Source: Tubulanus polymorphus
Taxonomy: Eukaryota > Animalia > Nemertea
Direction of reading: 5' to 3'
Assembly: GCF_964204645.1 (NCBI RefSeq)
Contig: NC_134029.1
Location: 18,842,950 to 18,906,949 of the forward strand
DNA length: 64,000 nt
Part shown: positions 51,660-64,000 of the stretch, one piece after another
Numbering within the stretch: position 1 is the first letter of the stretch
Layout: every line of letters begins with the position of its first letter
The notes under the pieces: generated by a model
What the model saw: the letters and a program-made list of their open reading frames with translations, nothing else
Told to the model about the DNA's origin: nothing
Database searches by the model: none
Made by a program: the position numbers and the translations under genes

Positions 51660-52046
51660 GTGAGTCGAATTGTTGATAATTTTGTTCATTTACGGTGATT
51701 GAAATATGACCACGCTTTTGAAGTGTTTCGTACACTTGACGTTTTTAACTGTGTGTATGTGCATTGGAATGTCTGGCCATAATAATGATGATAATTGCTT
51801 TACACATCACCGATAGTTATTACTGTTAGTCACATCCGTGCGCGTTGGCGGCGTAGACCCTGGAGTCCTGTACGGGTCCTGGATAGGCTGTAGCACTTCC
51901 ATAGCTCTAGTTGGCGAAGATTTAATTTGGACGTGTTGAAAATAAGCTAGTTTTGGAACTGGAATCGAATTTAATTCATGTCAATGGATCTGGATTGGGG
52001 ATAGATTTTTTGAGGTTGGCACGCAGGTCGTGTTACCCCTTGATGT

Positions 52047-52168
52047 GGGGCCAGTTGCTCAAAGGTTGGTTAGAGTTAACCAGTGGATAGTTGACATAGT
52101 GACAATTAAAAGTATCTCGATTGTATCTACACTGGTTATCTTTAACCAACTTTTGAGCAACTGGCCCC
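52047..52168. mobile_element. Short palindromic MITE family D (Harbinger-like)
   Basis: GGGGCCAGTTGCTCAAAGGTTGGTTA ... TAACCAACTTTTGAGCAACTGGCCCC; fragment at 60781. Confidence 0.85.
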
Positions 52169-53228
52169 TGAGTGTTAAAAATAATTGGGAAAATATAAAG
52201 AAGAATACGTGGATTAATTCTTTGAAGATAGTGTATAAATGTAATAATGTAATGCAAATAATATGATAGATTATAAATGTAGGAAATGCCATCTAAAAGC
52301 ATCAATTTTTCAAAGATCCCAAGTTATTTTTCAAACATATTATTGTAACTGCACCTTCCCTCTTTCAAATTTTTCGATCCACCCCTAAGGACCCCAGTTC
52401 CGTAGTCCTTGGTAAAGATTTGACTTGGGTTAGATTATTGGAAATTAATCAATTTAAACAGTCAGTCAGAGGTCAGACGGTGGAACTGGAGTCCTGTAGC
52501 GAGTTACAAGCCGGGAATATGCGAGTTTCTGCCAAAATGTTCCTTGTGTCTAAAAATCATCGAACACCATCGCACGCCATATTTGGGGATTTGTTATCAA
52601 TTCGTAGAAACCTCGAGGCTTACACTTTTTGCACTGATAGAGAGATTTTGCGAAAGCGCATATGTAGAGTGGATTCTGGTCTCCACCGATTCTCGGAACC
52701 GTTGCGGCTATGGCATTTCCCTTCAGTCGTATTATTCTTCTTCGTCTGAATATTCAACTATTCCGACGGTAGTATTGCAGATCATGGTTCTCGCTCGCCA
52801 CCGTTCAGCATAGAGCCGAAGGCTTTCAGGTGATCAGGCAGCCACTGAACGCTGAACAGAATCCGTCTAAAAGTTACATATTTAAACACGCTTCGCGAGG
52901 ATTCTTCTCGCCTCTATGACTATGTAGATCGGTCGAATACCTATCTCTACGGTGTGGAAGTGATCCTTCCTTTCGTTATTTAAAGCGAGTGAGTTAGAAA
53001 TCGTCTATTATTATCCGCGCCACTTCTAGATAACCATAGCCCTGAGGAGTAAGAGAGAGAGATCAGCAACGTTCAATAGTTGAACCGGTTAAGAGCTGGA
53101 AACAGATACCGATAGTATCGGTTTGGAAGATGTTCCGCGAAACCTTCTCCGGGTATCGCAATAAGTCTAGTATTTCCACTGTGTCGTTGCAAAGCCCATC
53201 CTACATAACGCTGTAACTACAAGCGTGG

Positions 53229-53467
53229 TAGGGGTAGATCTAGAGTCTGATTCGGGGAGGGGTGCGCTCCCAAAATAGGGCGCATTATTAGTAGGGCACC
53301 CAGAATGAAAGCTAATCGGAAAAATGAACTCATATTTGGAAATACGGAGATAAGCTTATGAATTTAAACTTGTTTATGTACCAGTTTAATATATTTCATT
53401 TTGCTGTAAAATTTTTGGGCAACTTGGAACTTTTAAGGGTTGTGCACTCCCCTTGGATCGGCCCCTG
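53229..53467. mobile_element. MITE, sister of 43269-43529
   Basis: taggggtagatctag ... ttggatcggcccctg. Confidence 0.7.
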
Positions 53468-55555
53468 CATGTACATGTACGTATAAACTAGAAGTCCATG
53501 CTTTGTATATGCCTATGCCGCAAATGCTTGCGTAGAATTAGCCTAGTTTGTGGATAAAATCTTCCAGCATATTTGTGTCCATTTTCTCGATGATATGTAA
53601 CATGTTCGATATTTTTGTCGCAACGCAACAAGTCTCTTCATGCTGTACTCAATTAAGTCAAATGCATTGTAGCATGAAGCAAGGCGAAAAAAATTATCTT
53701 TGTTATATGACAAATATTTGTACTACTACTGAATGTTACTTGCGGAAAACCCGTGGAAACCACTGAAGATTTTTATTCCAGAACTTCGAAATCTTCAGTT
53801 CATTCAGCCCATGAATTCAGTAAAGCATTTTCTATAAATGTTATTTTGTCAGTGCCTGGGATAGCATAAGCCCCCAGAAAACTCCCGCATAGGCTAACAT
53901 GTGGCCACGGAGACCGGGTCCTCGGCCAAGAACTCTGATCGGATATCGGATCAAACAGGCACGGGCCCATTTGGCACCTATGTTGAACAGTTGTTCTAAG
54001 TCTAATTTGGCCTGGGCCAATAGTGTTCGTGAGATTGCAGTTTATCTCTAGACGCTTTAGATAGATCATTCAAGCCAGGTGGTCACTAGTATAAGTCTGG
54101 TTGACTCGGCCGGCCGCCGGCTGGTGTTGGTGAAACCATGATGTCTTGCATATATAATTCGAGTTACTGACTCCGCATAATTGATGAAGTGACAAGCTAC
54201 CCAGTGAAATATACGCTGGGTCAGAACTGTGTATATCAATTATTCTTTGTACACCACTGTTAATCCTGTACTGTGAAAAGCCCTCTTCATCATTTCTCTG
54301 TATGCGTAGAAAGTGATGTGTTGTCCTGATATAAATACAGGGGCACAGCCTAAGGGGAGTGTAGAGAGTGCGCACCTCCTTAAAATGTTCTGAGGACCCT
54401 TTTTTCTGGCCTCAAATTTTTAATCCGTTTTTTTTGAAAACGTTCATAGTTTCAAAGTTGGCATTACGTAGATGAGATCAGCTGTCCTGAAAATTCACTA
54501 AAATAAGTAGTATTTTTTAGTTGCGATTTTTTTCTGCACCCCTTTGAAGAAATCCAAGATAGCCCCTGAAGCAAAATTCGATAGTAATAAATCATAAGAA
54601 TTATCATTGGTACATGCGCAAAATACCAGAACAATTTTGATGGATATAACAAAGAATTTTTTGTGGAAAAATTGTGACTGAAGGGATTTTTTTGTAATAA
54701 AATGTTTTGGCAGAATTTTGGCAAGTGAAAATGATTGATTCCAAAATGGGCATGGTCTACTACCAGTTTGCTTTTTACGCGCAAGAAAACGTGACAAATG
54801 AAAAAAAGTGTGCTCTGATATATATACACGTCTATTTACCTAGTCATTCTACATAAAAAGCCATTAAGCTAATACACATTATCTTAACGGCATTCACGAG
54901 GTAATTACTACAGCGAGTATCGGGGCCTGTATCTGGCGAGAGAGAGAGGGGAGAGAGAGAGAGAGGAAGAGTGATTTTTGCGCGTTACATCGTCAGTTGT
55001 AATGGTAGGTTTCTACTACGGCCCGGAAACATTTAGCATCATCAACGTCTTTGGGAAGCCTACTCACTTTTGTGAATGAAATATAGTTTTCCATGATGAT
55101 GATGATGGTAGTAGGGCGCGTACCATCGGTTTTTTCTTTCTATGAATAGAGTTCTTGACATGTATAATTTTTTTTTTTTGACCCACCATCGCGTTTTACA
55201 TATAGAATACAACGTAGAACGATTGAAAAGTTCTCAGTTGTGCATTCAATTTCAAGTGTACACGGTGGCGGCGTTACAATTTCAAAATTCGTTATCACAA
55301 ATTGTATCAATCGGGTATACGTATCAATATTATTGACCGATCTAACGACTGACCGACCTTCCACCGGGTGTGTTGCGTACTGTTTAGTCATGAATTATTA
55401 ATGATTCGTTTAAACTATAACCAGCTGAGGGAGATGATGGTAGATTCTACAATGAATTCTTCAATTCTTCGTGCATGCATGCATTGGTATCTTCTATATC
55501 GTAAAATATATTTTAGCCAAATCCTACAGTACATGTACATACTTAATATAAAGCA

Positions 55556-55556
<1 letters not shown>

Positions 55557-55610
<54 letters not shown>
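55557..55610. repeat. (TA)n microsatellite
   Basis: Pure TA run. Confidence 0.97.
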
Positions 55611-55611
<1 letters not shown>

Positions 55612-56859
55612 CTGAATTTGTTTGAAGATACATAATTCAATAAGTTCGCGCTAGTTGTTATAGCTTCCGCTGTGCATATTGGCCGTGATTGGTAATGAAA
55701 TTATTTGGGCAAATTTGACAAGGAAAGGCGTAGAAAATGTCAGCGTTTGCCGTTTTCATAAGGCGTTCATTATCGGCGTTCTCTTTCTCTCTGTTTCATT
55801 CTTTAGTAAAAATGTTGTGGCTGGTAAAGTAGCAACGCTTTCGGTCTCCCGAAAATGGTAGAAAATTAGCTCAATTTCGGTGCAATCCGCTATTTTTCAT
55901 ACGAACTCGCTGCTTCGCGAAGCAACGATCTTTTTAAGCATCATCGATCTAATATGAAGAAGGGTAGCAGATATTTCAAAAGGGTAGGTTTATACGGTGT
56001 ATGTAGAGGTGAAAGGGTTGACCGCCCCTTTAAAACACCCTATAGATAGATAACAGGGTCATTCCCTATTTTAAGATTTAAAAAAACCCTATGGAGGAAG
56101 TGAAATAAAATACATGATTGATATGGAAAGTACTGGTACTTTGACTGACAGAGGCTGTCAATAAGACAATGATTTGGTTTAATTATTCAAATCATTCCCC
56201 CCCAAACAGCTTTATGGCCTCATTTTTATGAGGTAATCCAGTCTATGTTAGACTGTATTTTCCCTATATGCGGGTTGTTTGTAAACAGGTTTTATAACAA
56301 CAACCACCGCCGGAGACCCTGCCTCGAAGGCAGGCCCTGACCTGTGAGCTATGATTCACGGGCGGACAATACTAACAAACAGTATTTAAAGAAGAATATC
56401 TTTCTCGAGTTATGAGTGAATCTCGCAAAATAGCGGCGTCATTGTACACTACCGGATAGCGGCGCGCGTCCCTCTCGTACGTTCTCTGTTGCTAACTGAA
56501 TACTTCTGTCTATATTGCAAAGCGTTTCGACTATAGCCTTCTCTCGGTTGACTCATCAGAGACTTCCAGCTCAGTTCATCCCGATTTTCAATTTGTCTCT
56601 ATATTCGAGTTGTCAAGCGTACTTGTCAACCATGTACATAACTGCGAAGTAGATAATAGCCGAACTCTGGGATGTTATGTAGTGATTAGTTTTTGGAGTA
56701 TATTCCGAAGTGGTTCCCACTCGTTGTTACTCAAACCGTGGATGTTTACTTATGTTTTGCGGTACAAGGAAAAGGTACAGTAAACAGTATTTTAGTTTTA
56801 TATAGCCGCGATTACGCGGAGACGATTTGACCCGGGTCAAATTGGCCCGTGCTTTATAA

Positions 56860-57027
56860 AGCCCATCGCTGATTTTCGCAGCATAACTCGGAAACTGGAG
56901 ACAGAAACAAGCTCGATTGTTTCCCTACGTCGTTAAAGGGAAAAACGTGGTTTTGGTAGCAATATTTCGAGATCAAACATGTTTGAATCCATGTTACCCT
57001 AGTTCCCTGCGTCGTGTGCATTGGGCT
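56860..57027. mobile_element. MITE family B copy nested inside a family A copy
   Basis: agcccatcgc ... gtcgtgtgcattgggct, with family A sequence on both sides. Confidence 0.7.
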
Positions 57028-57326
57028 TTAAAGAGCACATTCACATGTTTATCGTTTGCTCATTACTAAATGCTGTGGTATGGGCTTATGTTGGCCGTGG
57101 TCAGGCCTAATTTGGGCTGCGTCAAAATGGCGTGGATCCATTCAGCACCGTTGTGAACTAGGCTTATGGTCAGTCATAGTGATGAATCAAACATTAAAAC
57201 GAAACTGCAAAATTTTGGAACCGACTTATTCTATGTGTGTGGACAAAAACTGGTTCCAGGTCCGTTCTAAATTGTACTCTGCATGAATTCAATTATAATA
57301 TACGAGTCATCAAGCTGATTGATATA

Positions 57327-57652
57327 AGCCGCGATCACACGGACACGATTTGGCCTGGGCCAAATTGGCACTGATTAGGCTCGGGCCAAATTAGAGAGCG
57401 CGTTCACACGCAAACCATTCACTCGATATAAACTATGATCAAACAAAGCGAAGTGGATCATTTCCGGTGCCAGTTGCAATTCAAATGCAATCATTAGTCT
57501 GGTGCTAAAATTTGGCTCGGGCCTGGTCCGACGTTTTTGGTTGGGCCAAATTTGGCGCGGGCCAAACAGACTCTGGCCCATTCGGCACCCGTGTGAACAG
57601 TTGTTACGGGCCAAATTTGGCACGGGCCAAAAATGCTCGTGTGATCGCGGCT
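57327..57652. mobile_element. MITE family A (PIF/Harbinger-like), most complete copy
   Basis: TIRs AGCCGCGATCACACG / CGTGTGATCGCGGCT; internal GGCCAAATTTGGCC-type sub-repeats; about 14 related copies or fragments in the window. Confidence 0.88.
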
Positions 57653-58391
57653 TATATTTCATTCGTCTCTCGCGATTCATTGCGTAGTTTTATCACGTTA
57701 TATTGTGCAATGTTGTGTTCTACTGGTGATAGAGAATGGTAGTCTGTTGCCAGTCACGCACAAGTAGCTTCCATTTACTCGACCAGTAGTTCCAATCCAT
57801 TTTCAAGATGGCCGACACTGTGAAGTACATTACGGCTGACCTATAGCGTGTTCGGTTATTTATAAGTTCGACCACTTGTCGACTAACTACGAAAACCGAA
57901 GTTGGCGAGGGTGTCATACTTTGTCAGGTTTGCAGAAAAGCGATCCTTATTACAGACCTAGCACGTTTCATACCTAAATTCTGCGCAGTGGAGTTCATCA
58001 GAGGAGGCAATTTTTAGATGTCCCATTGTTGCTTTTGATAAGTTTACTATTGAATAATTGGCGTTGGAATGTTTTCAGTACGCTGCCACATGATATATAT
58101 GGGAAGTAAAATGATAACTGAGGCCGTTTTGCGATTCTATGATTGTTTACAAATAGATTCCACATTCTCTAAAAAAAAAATGTTTAGGTAGCTTATTTCC
58201 TATTCCTATTCATATTGCACCCGATGATATCTATTTAATATTAAATGACGTTATTTAACCGTATAATGACGTAGCTTACCCTGAATAGAAAATCATCTAT
58301 ATATGTATAAGTTTATAGAATGTAGATAGATAGAGATCTTCATTTAGATATTTTTTGCTTCATCGTAGAATAATATTTTTCTAGGAATATA

Positions 58392-58515
<124 letters not shown>

Positions 58516-58668
58516 CGTCATGCAACCAACCTAGTGTAGTCGGTCGGTATATATATATATATATATCTATCTGTGTATACAGCGGAAAATCGCTGAAACA
58601 TCTGGATCTGAAATAACAGGTAATATAGTTTCATTTAACGCTACACATGGTTATATATGTATATATAT

Positions 58669-59116
58669 ATGTTATGTCGGATTCTATCAAATATGATTGA
58701 TATTTTCGGTTTCATTGACTTTTTGCTCTATCCCAGGGACGACAATATAGTGATAAGTATATATGTAGGAATTTTCAAATATGGCTTTTTCTGGATTGGC
58801 ACCGATTGTATGCTTTCGCAAAGCTTTTTATATTCGGCCCAATTTGCCCCTTCGAAACTTCAATGGCATTAAAGGCTACTTGAACGTTGCCCTAGAATTT
58901 CCATGTTACTTATGATTCTGTCAAATATGATTGATATTTTCCGTTTAATTGCCTTTTTACTCTAACCCAGGACGACAATATAGCAAGGAATTTTCAAATA
59001 TGGCTTTTTCTGGATTGGACCAATGCTTTCGGTAAGCTTTTTATACACGGCCCATTTTGCCCCTTCAAAACTTCAATAGCGTTGTAGGCGAGTTGAACCT
59101 TGCCCTAGAATTTCCA
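58669..59116. repeat. Diverged tandem duplication, ~235/213-bp units
   Basis: gattct.tcaaatatgattgatatttt...ttgccctagaatttccat occurs twice in tandem. Confidence 0.88.
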
Positions 59117-61382
59117 TAATATTGGTATTCGTGAAGATACTTGATATGAACAGTATTGATATGCGTATTGTTACAGATGCGGGAAAAACAGAGATAGTCG
59201 ATATATGCGTGTAGGTTTTAGTCGTAGTAGGCCTTCACTCTGAATAGAACATTACACACTTCATACTATTATTGACTATAACTAATACATGTGTTATAAT
59301 GAAATTATTCACACCTGTGAGTACTTTTAACACTTATTTCTACATATCCGGCGCATCCATCATCATCATCATACCCGATATTTAAATCTTTTATCATCTA
59401 TCCTATTTACGTATGAAAGTATTGTGAACGCAGTTTTTCTGCAAAATCATCGGTAGGCCTACGTGAATTGTTATGTTCGCGGTAGTTCGATTTTAGTGGT
59501 GCTCGTTGTGGTTTTATCAAAGCCACGGGTTAGGTTGGCCTTGCTTGTAAGTTCTCTGCAATCACCGTCGGACGATCGCGTCTCAACAACCCGTCGACCT
59601 ACAGGCCGTTGAGACTGCCTGCTTTCTGCAATGCGACGTGACCTTTTCTACCAGTCACAACTAAACTTTGCGACTGACAAAGACTCATTGCACACCACGC
59701 ACCTACTTGCTACCAGTCCCAACCAACCGTGTCACATGGCCCTACCTCTGTCCAGCTGCCCAAGTTCCAAGTTCCATATGAATTGGACGATGATTTTACG
59801 AGATAATAGCCGCGATCATACGGAGCTGATGCGACCCTGGCATAATTGCCACTGATCGGGCCGGAGTCGAATTCGGCCCACAATTAAAAGATGATGAAAC
59901 AAGTTATGTAGATGAACAGATTTTTGAGTAGCTATATCATAGTGCCCTTGAAAATGTGTAATGAAATATATAATTCAGTTCATTCCGTTTATTTTAATCA
60001 TATTAAACTTCATCTAATCATGGACGTTGAAACTAGTTAAACTGCGGTGGCCTCGCGAGCAAAGTTTTTATCAACGATCAGTGAAAGATCATTACCCTAA
60101 AAAGCTAATAGAAATCTATATTACAAAGCCATTTCAAGGAACTTAAAAGGTTCACTATTTGGCGCTGTTATCTTTGGTTATTTGCCATCTGATTTCTATC
60201 TTGATATTTTCGCAAGGATTTTCACCAGATTCGAACGATGATCTGTACACCAGAGCGGCTTGTATGTAATTCGGATAGCATTATTTTGATACCTGCGCCA
60301 AACTATGAACGAACGGGTGAGTTCAACCATGTCTCAAATAGTTCAATACCAGCAGTAGCGGTAGCTATAACTAATGTATCTATAACTAACTGTCGGAATG
60401 CGAAGAAACAACCTGGCCACCGCAGCAGCAGGCAAATCTGTTCCATCCGTTTCCACATTTCTTCGCGAAACCGCAACAAACGTCGATGCAGCAGTTGTTG
60501 AATACGGGTGAACCAGCTGTAGTAGATAGTGTATAAAGGAGGGTCTGGGGGCTATAGCTAGAAATGATCGGACTCTAGCAACGATGGATTAATAGCGATG
60601 TTCGGATAAATATGATGGATAGGATTCGAAGATGATAGGATAAATACGATGATTGAGGAGGGAGGAAAGTGAGCGGCCACTTTTCGAACTGGTGAGAAGA
60701 AATATTCTATTGGCTGCCAGATAGATTTTTGTTTGAATGGTTAGATATGCATAAGCTTGGATTAGACCTAATAAAGTTCCGGGGCCAGTTGCTCAAAGGG
60801 TGTTAAGAGTTAACCAAACTGTAGACCAAACTGTAGGACCAGGTTAGAGCCGATTTAACTGTGTCAAATTATTGCGTGTGAAATGCTACTGGTTCTGGAA
60901 GTGACTCACTTTGCTTCGTCTAGGCATTGTTTAGTATCGAGTGAGTGGTTTAAAGCTCTCTAATTTGGCACGGGTCAAATTTGATTTAGGCCTGGTCCAG
61001 GGCAAATCGTCTCTGTGTTATCGCGGCTATAGTAACAATTAAAACACCGCCGGTTATCTTTACCCAACTTTTGACCTACTGCAGCCCCAGGAAGGGAACT
61101 CAAGCTAAACTTATTCAGTGGTGGGACACAATGCTGCCAAATTTGGCAATCGTCAATTAAGAATTGGGCGATGACATCTCGAATGCTAGATTCGTGCGAG
61201 TCAATTTGCCGACTAGAAAATTTGCATCGTGTCCCTTGGCGTGCACTATCCAAGTTAATTTACTGATGAAATTCACTGATGACTCTATTATACAGATGTC
61301 GACTCAAACCTCTTTTCTAGATATAATGTGCATAATTCGGGTAAAAACAAGAATTCATATCACAACATTGAAAATTCCTATA

Positions 61383-61559
61383 AGCCGCAATTACTCGAGC
61401 ATTTTTGACCCGGGTCAAATAAAGCCCGGGCTCATTTAGCACCCGTGTAAACAGTTGTTCCGCGCCAAATTTGCCGGGGCACTCTTCTAATTAGGCACGG
61501 GCCAAATTTGCCTCGGGCCTGATCCGTGCCAATTTGGCCCGGGCCGTGTGGTCGCGGCT
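61383..61559. mobile_element. MITE family A copy (reverse, deleted) with ATA TSD
   Basis: ata|agccgcaattactcg ... gtggtcgcggct|ata. Further fragments at ~38284, 40055-40150, 53945-54040, 56803, 59808 and 60862-61028. Confidence 0.8.
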
Positions 61560-61960
61560 ATAGAATAAGTCTTGCCGAGGTTCATAAAATCCGACCAGAA
61601 ATAATCCATTATTAGTCGCATATTGTATCGTTTCTGTTGTTGGCAACGTAGATATTTTTTCTCGCCGTTGTTGACGTTTTTCGGTGTTGACTCGTCGTCG
61701 GAGCTATTACAAATACGTCGAAAAAATCTGTCTCTCGTTTGTTCATTTCGCCCGTCTAATCCCCGTCGAAACGAATTCTTGCTTTATGCTTACGTTCGGA
61801 GACGGTTCTTTTCACTAATTGGAATGTCGTTTATTTGTAGCCACTTGCCTGCCTGAACGTTTTTTGTACGGCCGTTTAGTCTATGAATCACTAATGGAAT
61901 TTTCAAAGCCGCGTTGAATACTGCAATTTGTAAAGCTTTCTGAAACGTTTAAAAATACAT

Positions 61961-61986
61961 ACACACACACACACACACACACACAC
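61961..61986. repeat. (CA)n microsatellite
   Basis: Pure AC run. Confidence 0.9.
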
Positions 61987-62708
61987 GAGTCCCCGTCGTT
62001 CCGCACGACTGAAGTATCGAAAAACGCACGGTCGATGTTTTTATTATTTGTTTTTTTTTTTTTACGATTGAAAGTACTACGGAATTTACTACGATTTCGC
62101 TTCAATGGAACGTTGAATGTCGGTGACAATGGCACGAAGCGGTTTGGCGTCGAATAACGATATTCGAACGTACAGTATAACCCAGAACTCGGGTGACTGT
62201 TTGATCGGTTTAGAAAAAATTTTCCCGGGCCCTGGTTGAGCGTATTATGCTTGACGTCGTCATGCAATTCTTTTTTTTTTTACGGGAAAATAGATCAGGA
62301 ATTCTATCCGGTGTGTAGACCTACTCCGCGTTTGTTTGATGAGTGTATGTTAATAAGGTTCTATACTTTGTCCATTCGCTTTTTTGCATTGAGATAAAGT
62401 TTTCAATGAAAACTATTCAGTCGAATTACCTATTTATCCGTGTAGCTCGTGCGTATATTGATGAGAGAAATGTCAGAGTGTAATTAACTATAATTTTCAT
62501 CGTCTATATATTCTATAGCTCAGAATCGCTTCAGTGCTTTTTTTTTACTCTCTTCAGGTCAATTTTTATTCTTCGTTTGTTGCTAATTTCAAATTTATGC
62601 GTTATCTAGCTGCCTATCTAGTCGTATAAAGTGGAGTCTTATGACACCGAAATACTGAGCTCTTCTCAGTGAGATGACTTTCAGATGCATACGGGGCAAT
62701 ATGTTTAA

Positions 62709-62995
62709 CCCTTTCAGTGAGTCTACACCTCAGTGCAGTGTATAAACTGGTAATGGACTTTGCCAGTACACCGCACCGCGGTATATTGATGTAAGTCATA
62801 AACGTTTTTATCTCTTATGAAAGATGGCAGCACCTGTCAAACACACATAAGTTACGGATGACGATACATCGCACCGCGTTGTAGACGCATTATAGTGGAT
62901 GCCTGTTATTTGATGCACTGGGCTGGTGGAATTTTTCAAAAATTTACAAATTATCTCCCGCTCTTTAGGGTGTTCATTAGTCAGCACTGAAAGGG
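62709..62995. mobile_element. piggyBac-like MITE (family C)
   Basis: TTAA|CCCTTTCAGTG ... CACTGAAAGGG|TTAA; internal ACACCGCAGTGCGGTGT-type palindromes. Confidence 0.88.
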
Positions 62996-63067
62996 TTAAA
63001 AGGACAAGTCCTTGGGTTAATGTGACTGCTTGCAGTGACTGCTGGGAGCAGATCGTTTTAGCTGGCC

Positions 63068-63165
63068 TCGTGAGCACAGGTGGTTCGAGCGTTGCGCTAA
63101 CAGTACGGTGCTTGCATGTTCAAATCCCAAACCTCTGTTTCGTTCCCGGGCACGTGTGCCGGGTA
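63068..63165 (+). mobile_element. Possible degenerate tRNA-derived SINE head
   Basis: cgtgagcacaggtggtt...gcgttg ... gttcaaatccc arrangement. Confidence 0.35.
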
Positions 63166-64000
63166 TGTACGGGATACAAAATCTATTCAAATCAAAATAA
63201 AAGATTTCCAATATCAAGTTTAAAATGTAAATGCTTGCCGAAGACGATCGATATTTAGCTCTCTTCAATGTGAGTTGCCATTGACGATACTGACATTCAA
63301 GAAGTAAATCCTACATCCAAGTTCTTTACCTTGAAAAGGACGCGATAGGTGCTTTCGTTAAAAAACGTATCCGATAATACCCCGTAATTACTGTCAAAAC
63401 CGTAGAAGAGTCTCTTAAGATCGGGGATATTTCGAACTAGTAAATGCCCGATATTTTCATTCGAGCGTCTACGCGTATCGCTGTAGTAGCAGTTAAAGCG
63501 ATATACGCTCATTTGCAAGCGTTAAACGCGCGAACAGATTTTCGCGTATCGCCGCCGCCGCCGCGTGGATTTCTCATCGAATTTCGATGTTTTTCTCATC
63601 ACTTTCTCGGCGCGCGCTCGTCTATAGTCGATGACTGATTGCGAATCGATACGCGGTCGGTCGGTTTTTTTTTTCGGCGCCTCGTCCTCGTTTGTATGCG
63701 CGGCGGCTCGGTGACAAAGTCATCGACGTAAGTGCTATTCGTCCGAGGCGAAATCATCGGATTGTCGTATACCTCTGCGGCGAGCGAGGATTTATCGTCG
63801 CAGCAGGAGTTGACGTGAAATTGATTCGAACGATTGGCTGAAGTCTCTCAGCGAACGGCGGCGACAGCGACGGTATACAACTCTGTGAGAGAGGTATCTA
63901 GTGGTCTTGTCGGTGCTTGCATCGGCGCCGAAAAACATATGATATTGAATCCGGAAACAAATGACTCGGTAAACTGTACATTCATCAAAGTTTTTCTCAT

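Noticed and set aside
57375-57742. ORFs with similar peptides at 2118-2376, 47814-48140 and 57375-57742
   Set aside because: Translations of MITE family A copies, not a gene family.

Overview
AT-rich genomic DNA from an invertebrate animal (spliceosomal GT-AG introns, DNA-transposon MITEs, tRNA-derived SINEs, a LINE); the species cannot be determined from sequence alone. Contents: (1) the 5' part of a minus-strand gene (exons 4695-5865, 871-986 and a candidate 9-nt microexon 110-118) encoding a proline-rich, tyrosine-motif-bearing N-terminus, possibly ARAP/RhoGAP15B-like, running off the left edge; (2) head-to-head with it, a complete 12-coding-exon plus-strand gene (12689-22864) that I assembled by hand with consistent splice phases. 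It encodes a PWWP3A/MUM1(EXPAND1)-like protein with two PWWP-type domains and an internal 27-aa tandem repeat; (3) a near full-length but disabled non-LTR retrotransposon on the minus strand (~29290-34805; ORF1 plus APE-RT-zinc-knuckle ORF2, RTE-X-like), whose ORF2 is in frame with ORF1 behind a single TAG and has no AUG; (4) a gene-poor right half with many MITEs (PIF/Harbinger-, piggyBac-, pogo/Tigger- and hAT5-like), local duplications, microsatellites and several CpG-rich promoter-like islands with strong splice donors that may be alternative first exons of a downstream gene. Most entries in the ORF track are spurious. I found no unambiguous new biological system. The best leads are the LINE ORF1/ORF2 junction, the double-PWWP MUM1-like gene, the microexon and a TSD-flanked copy of promoter DNA.
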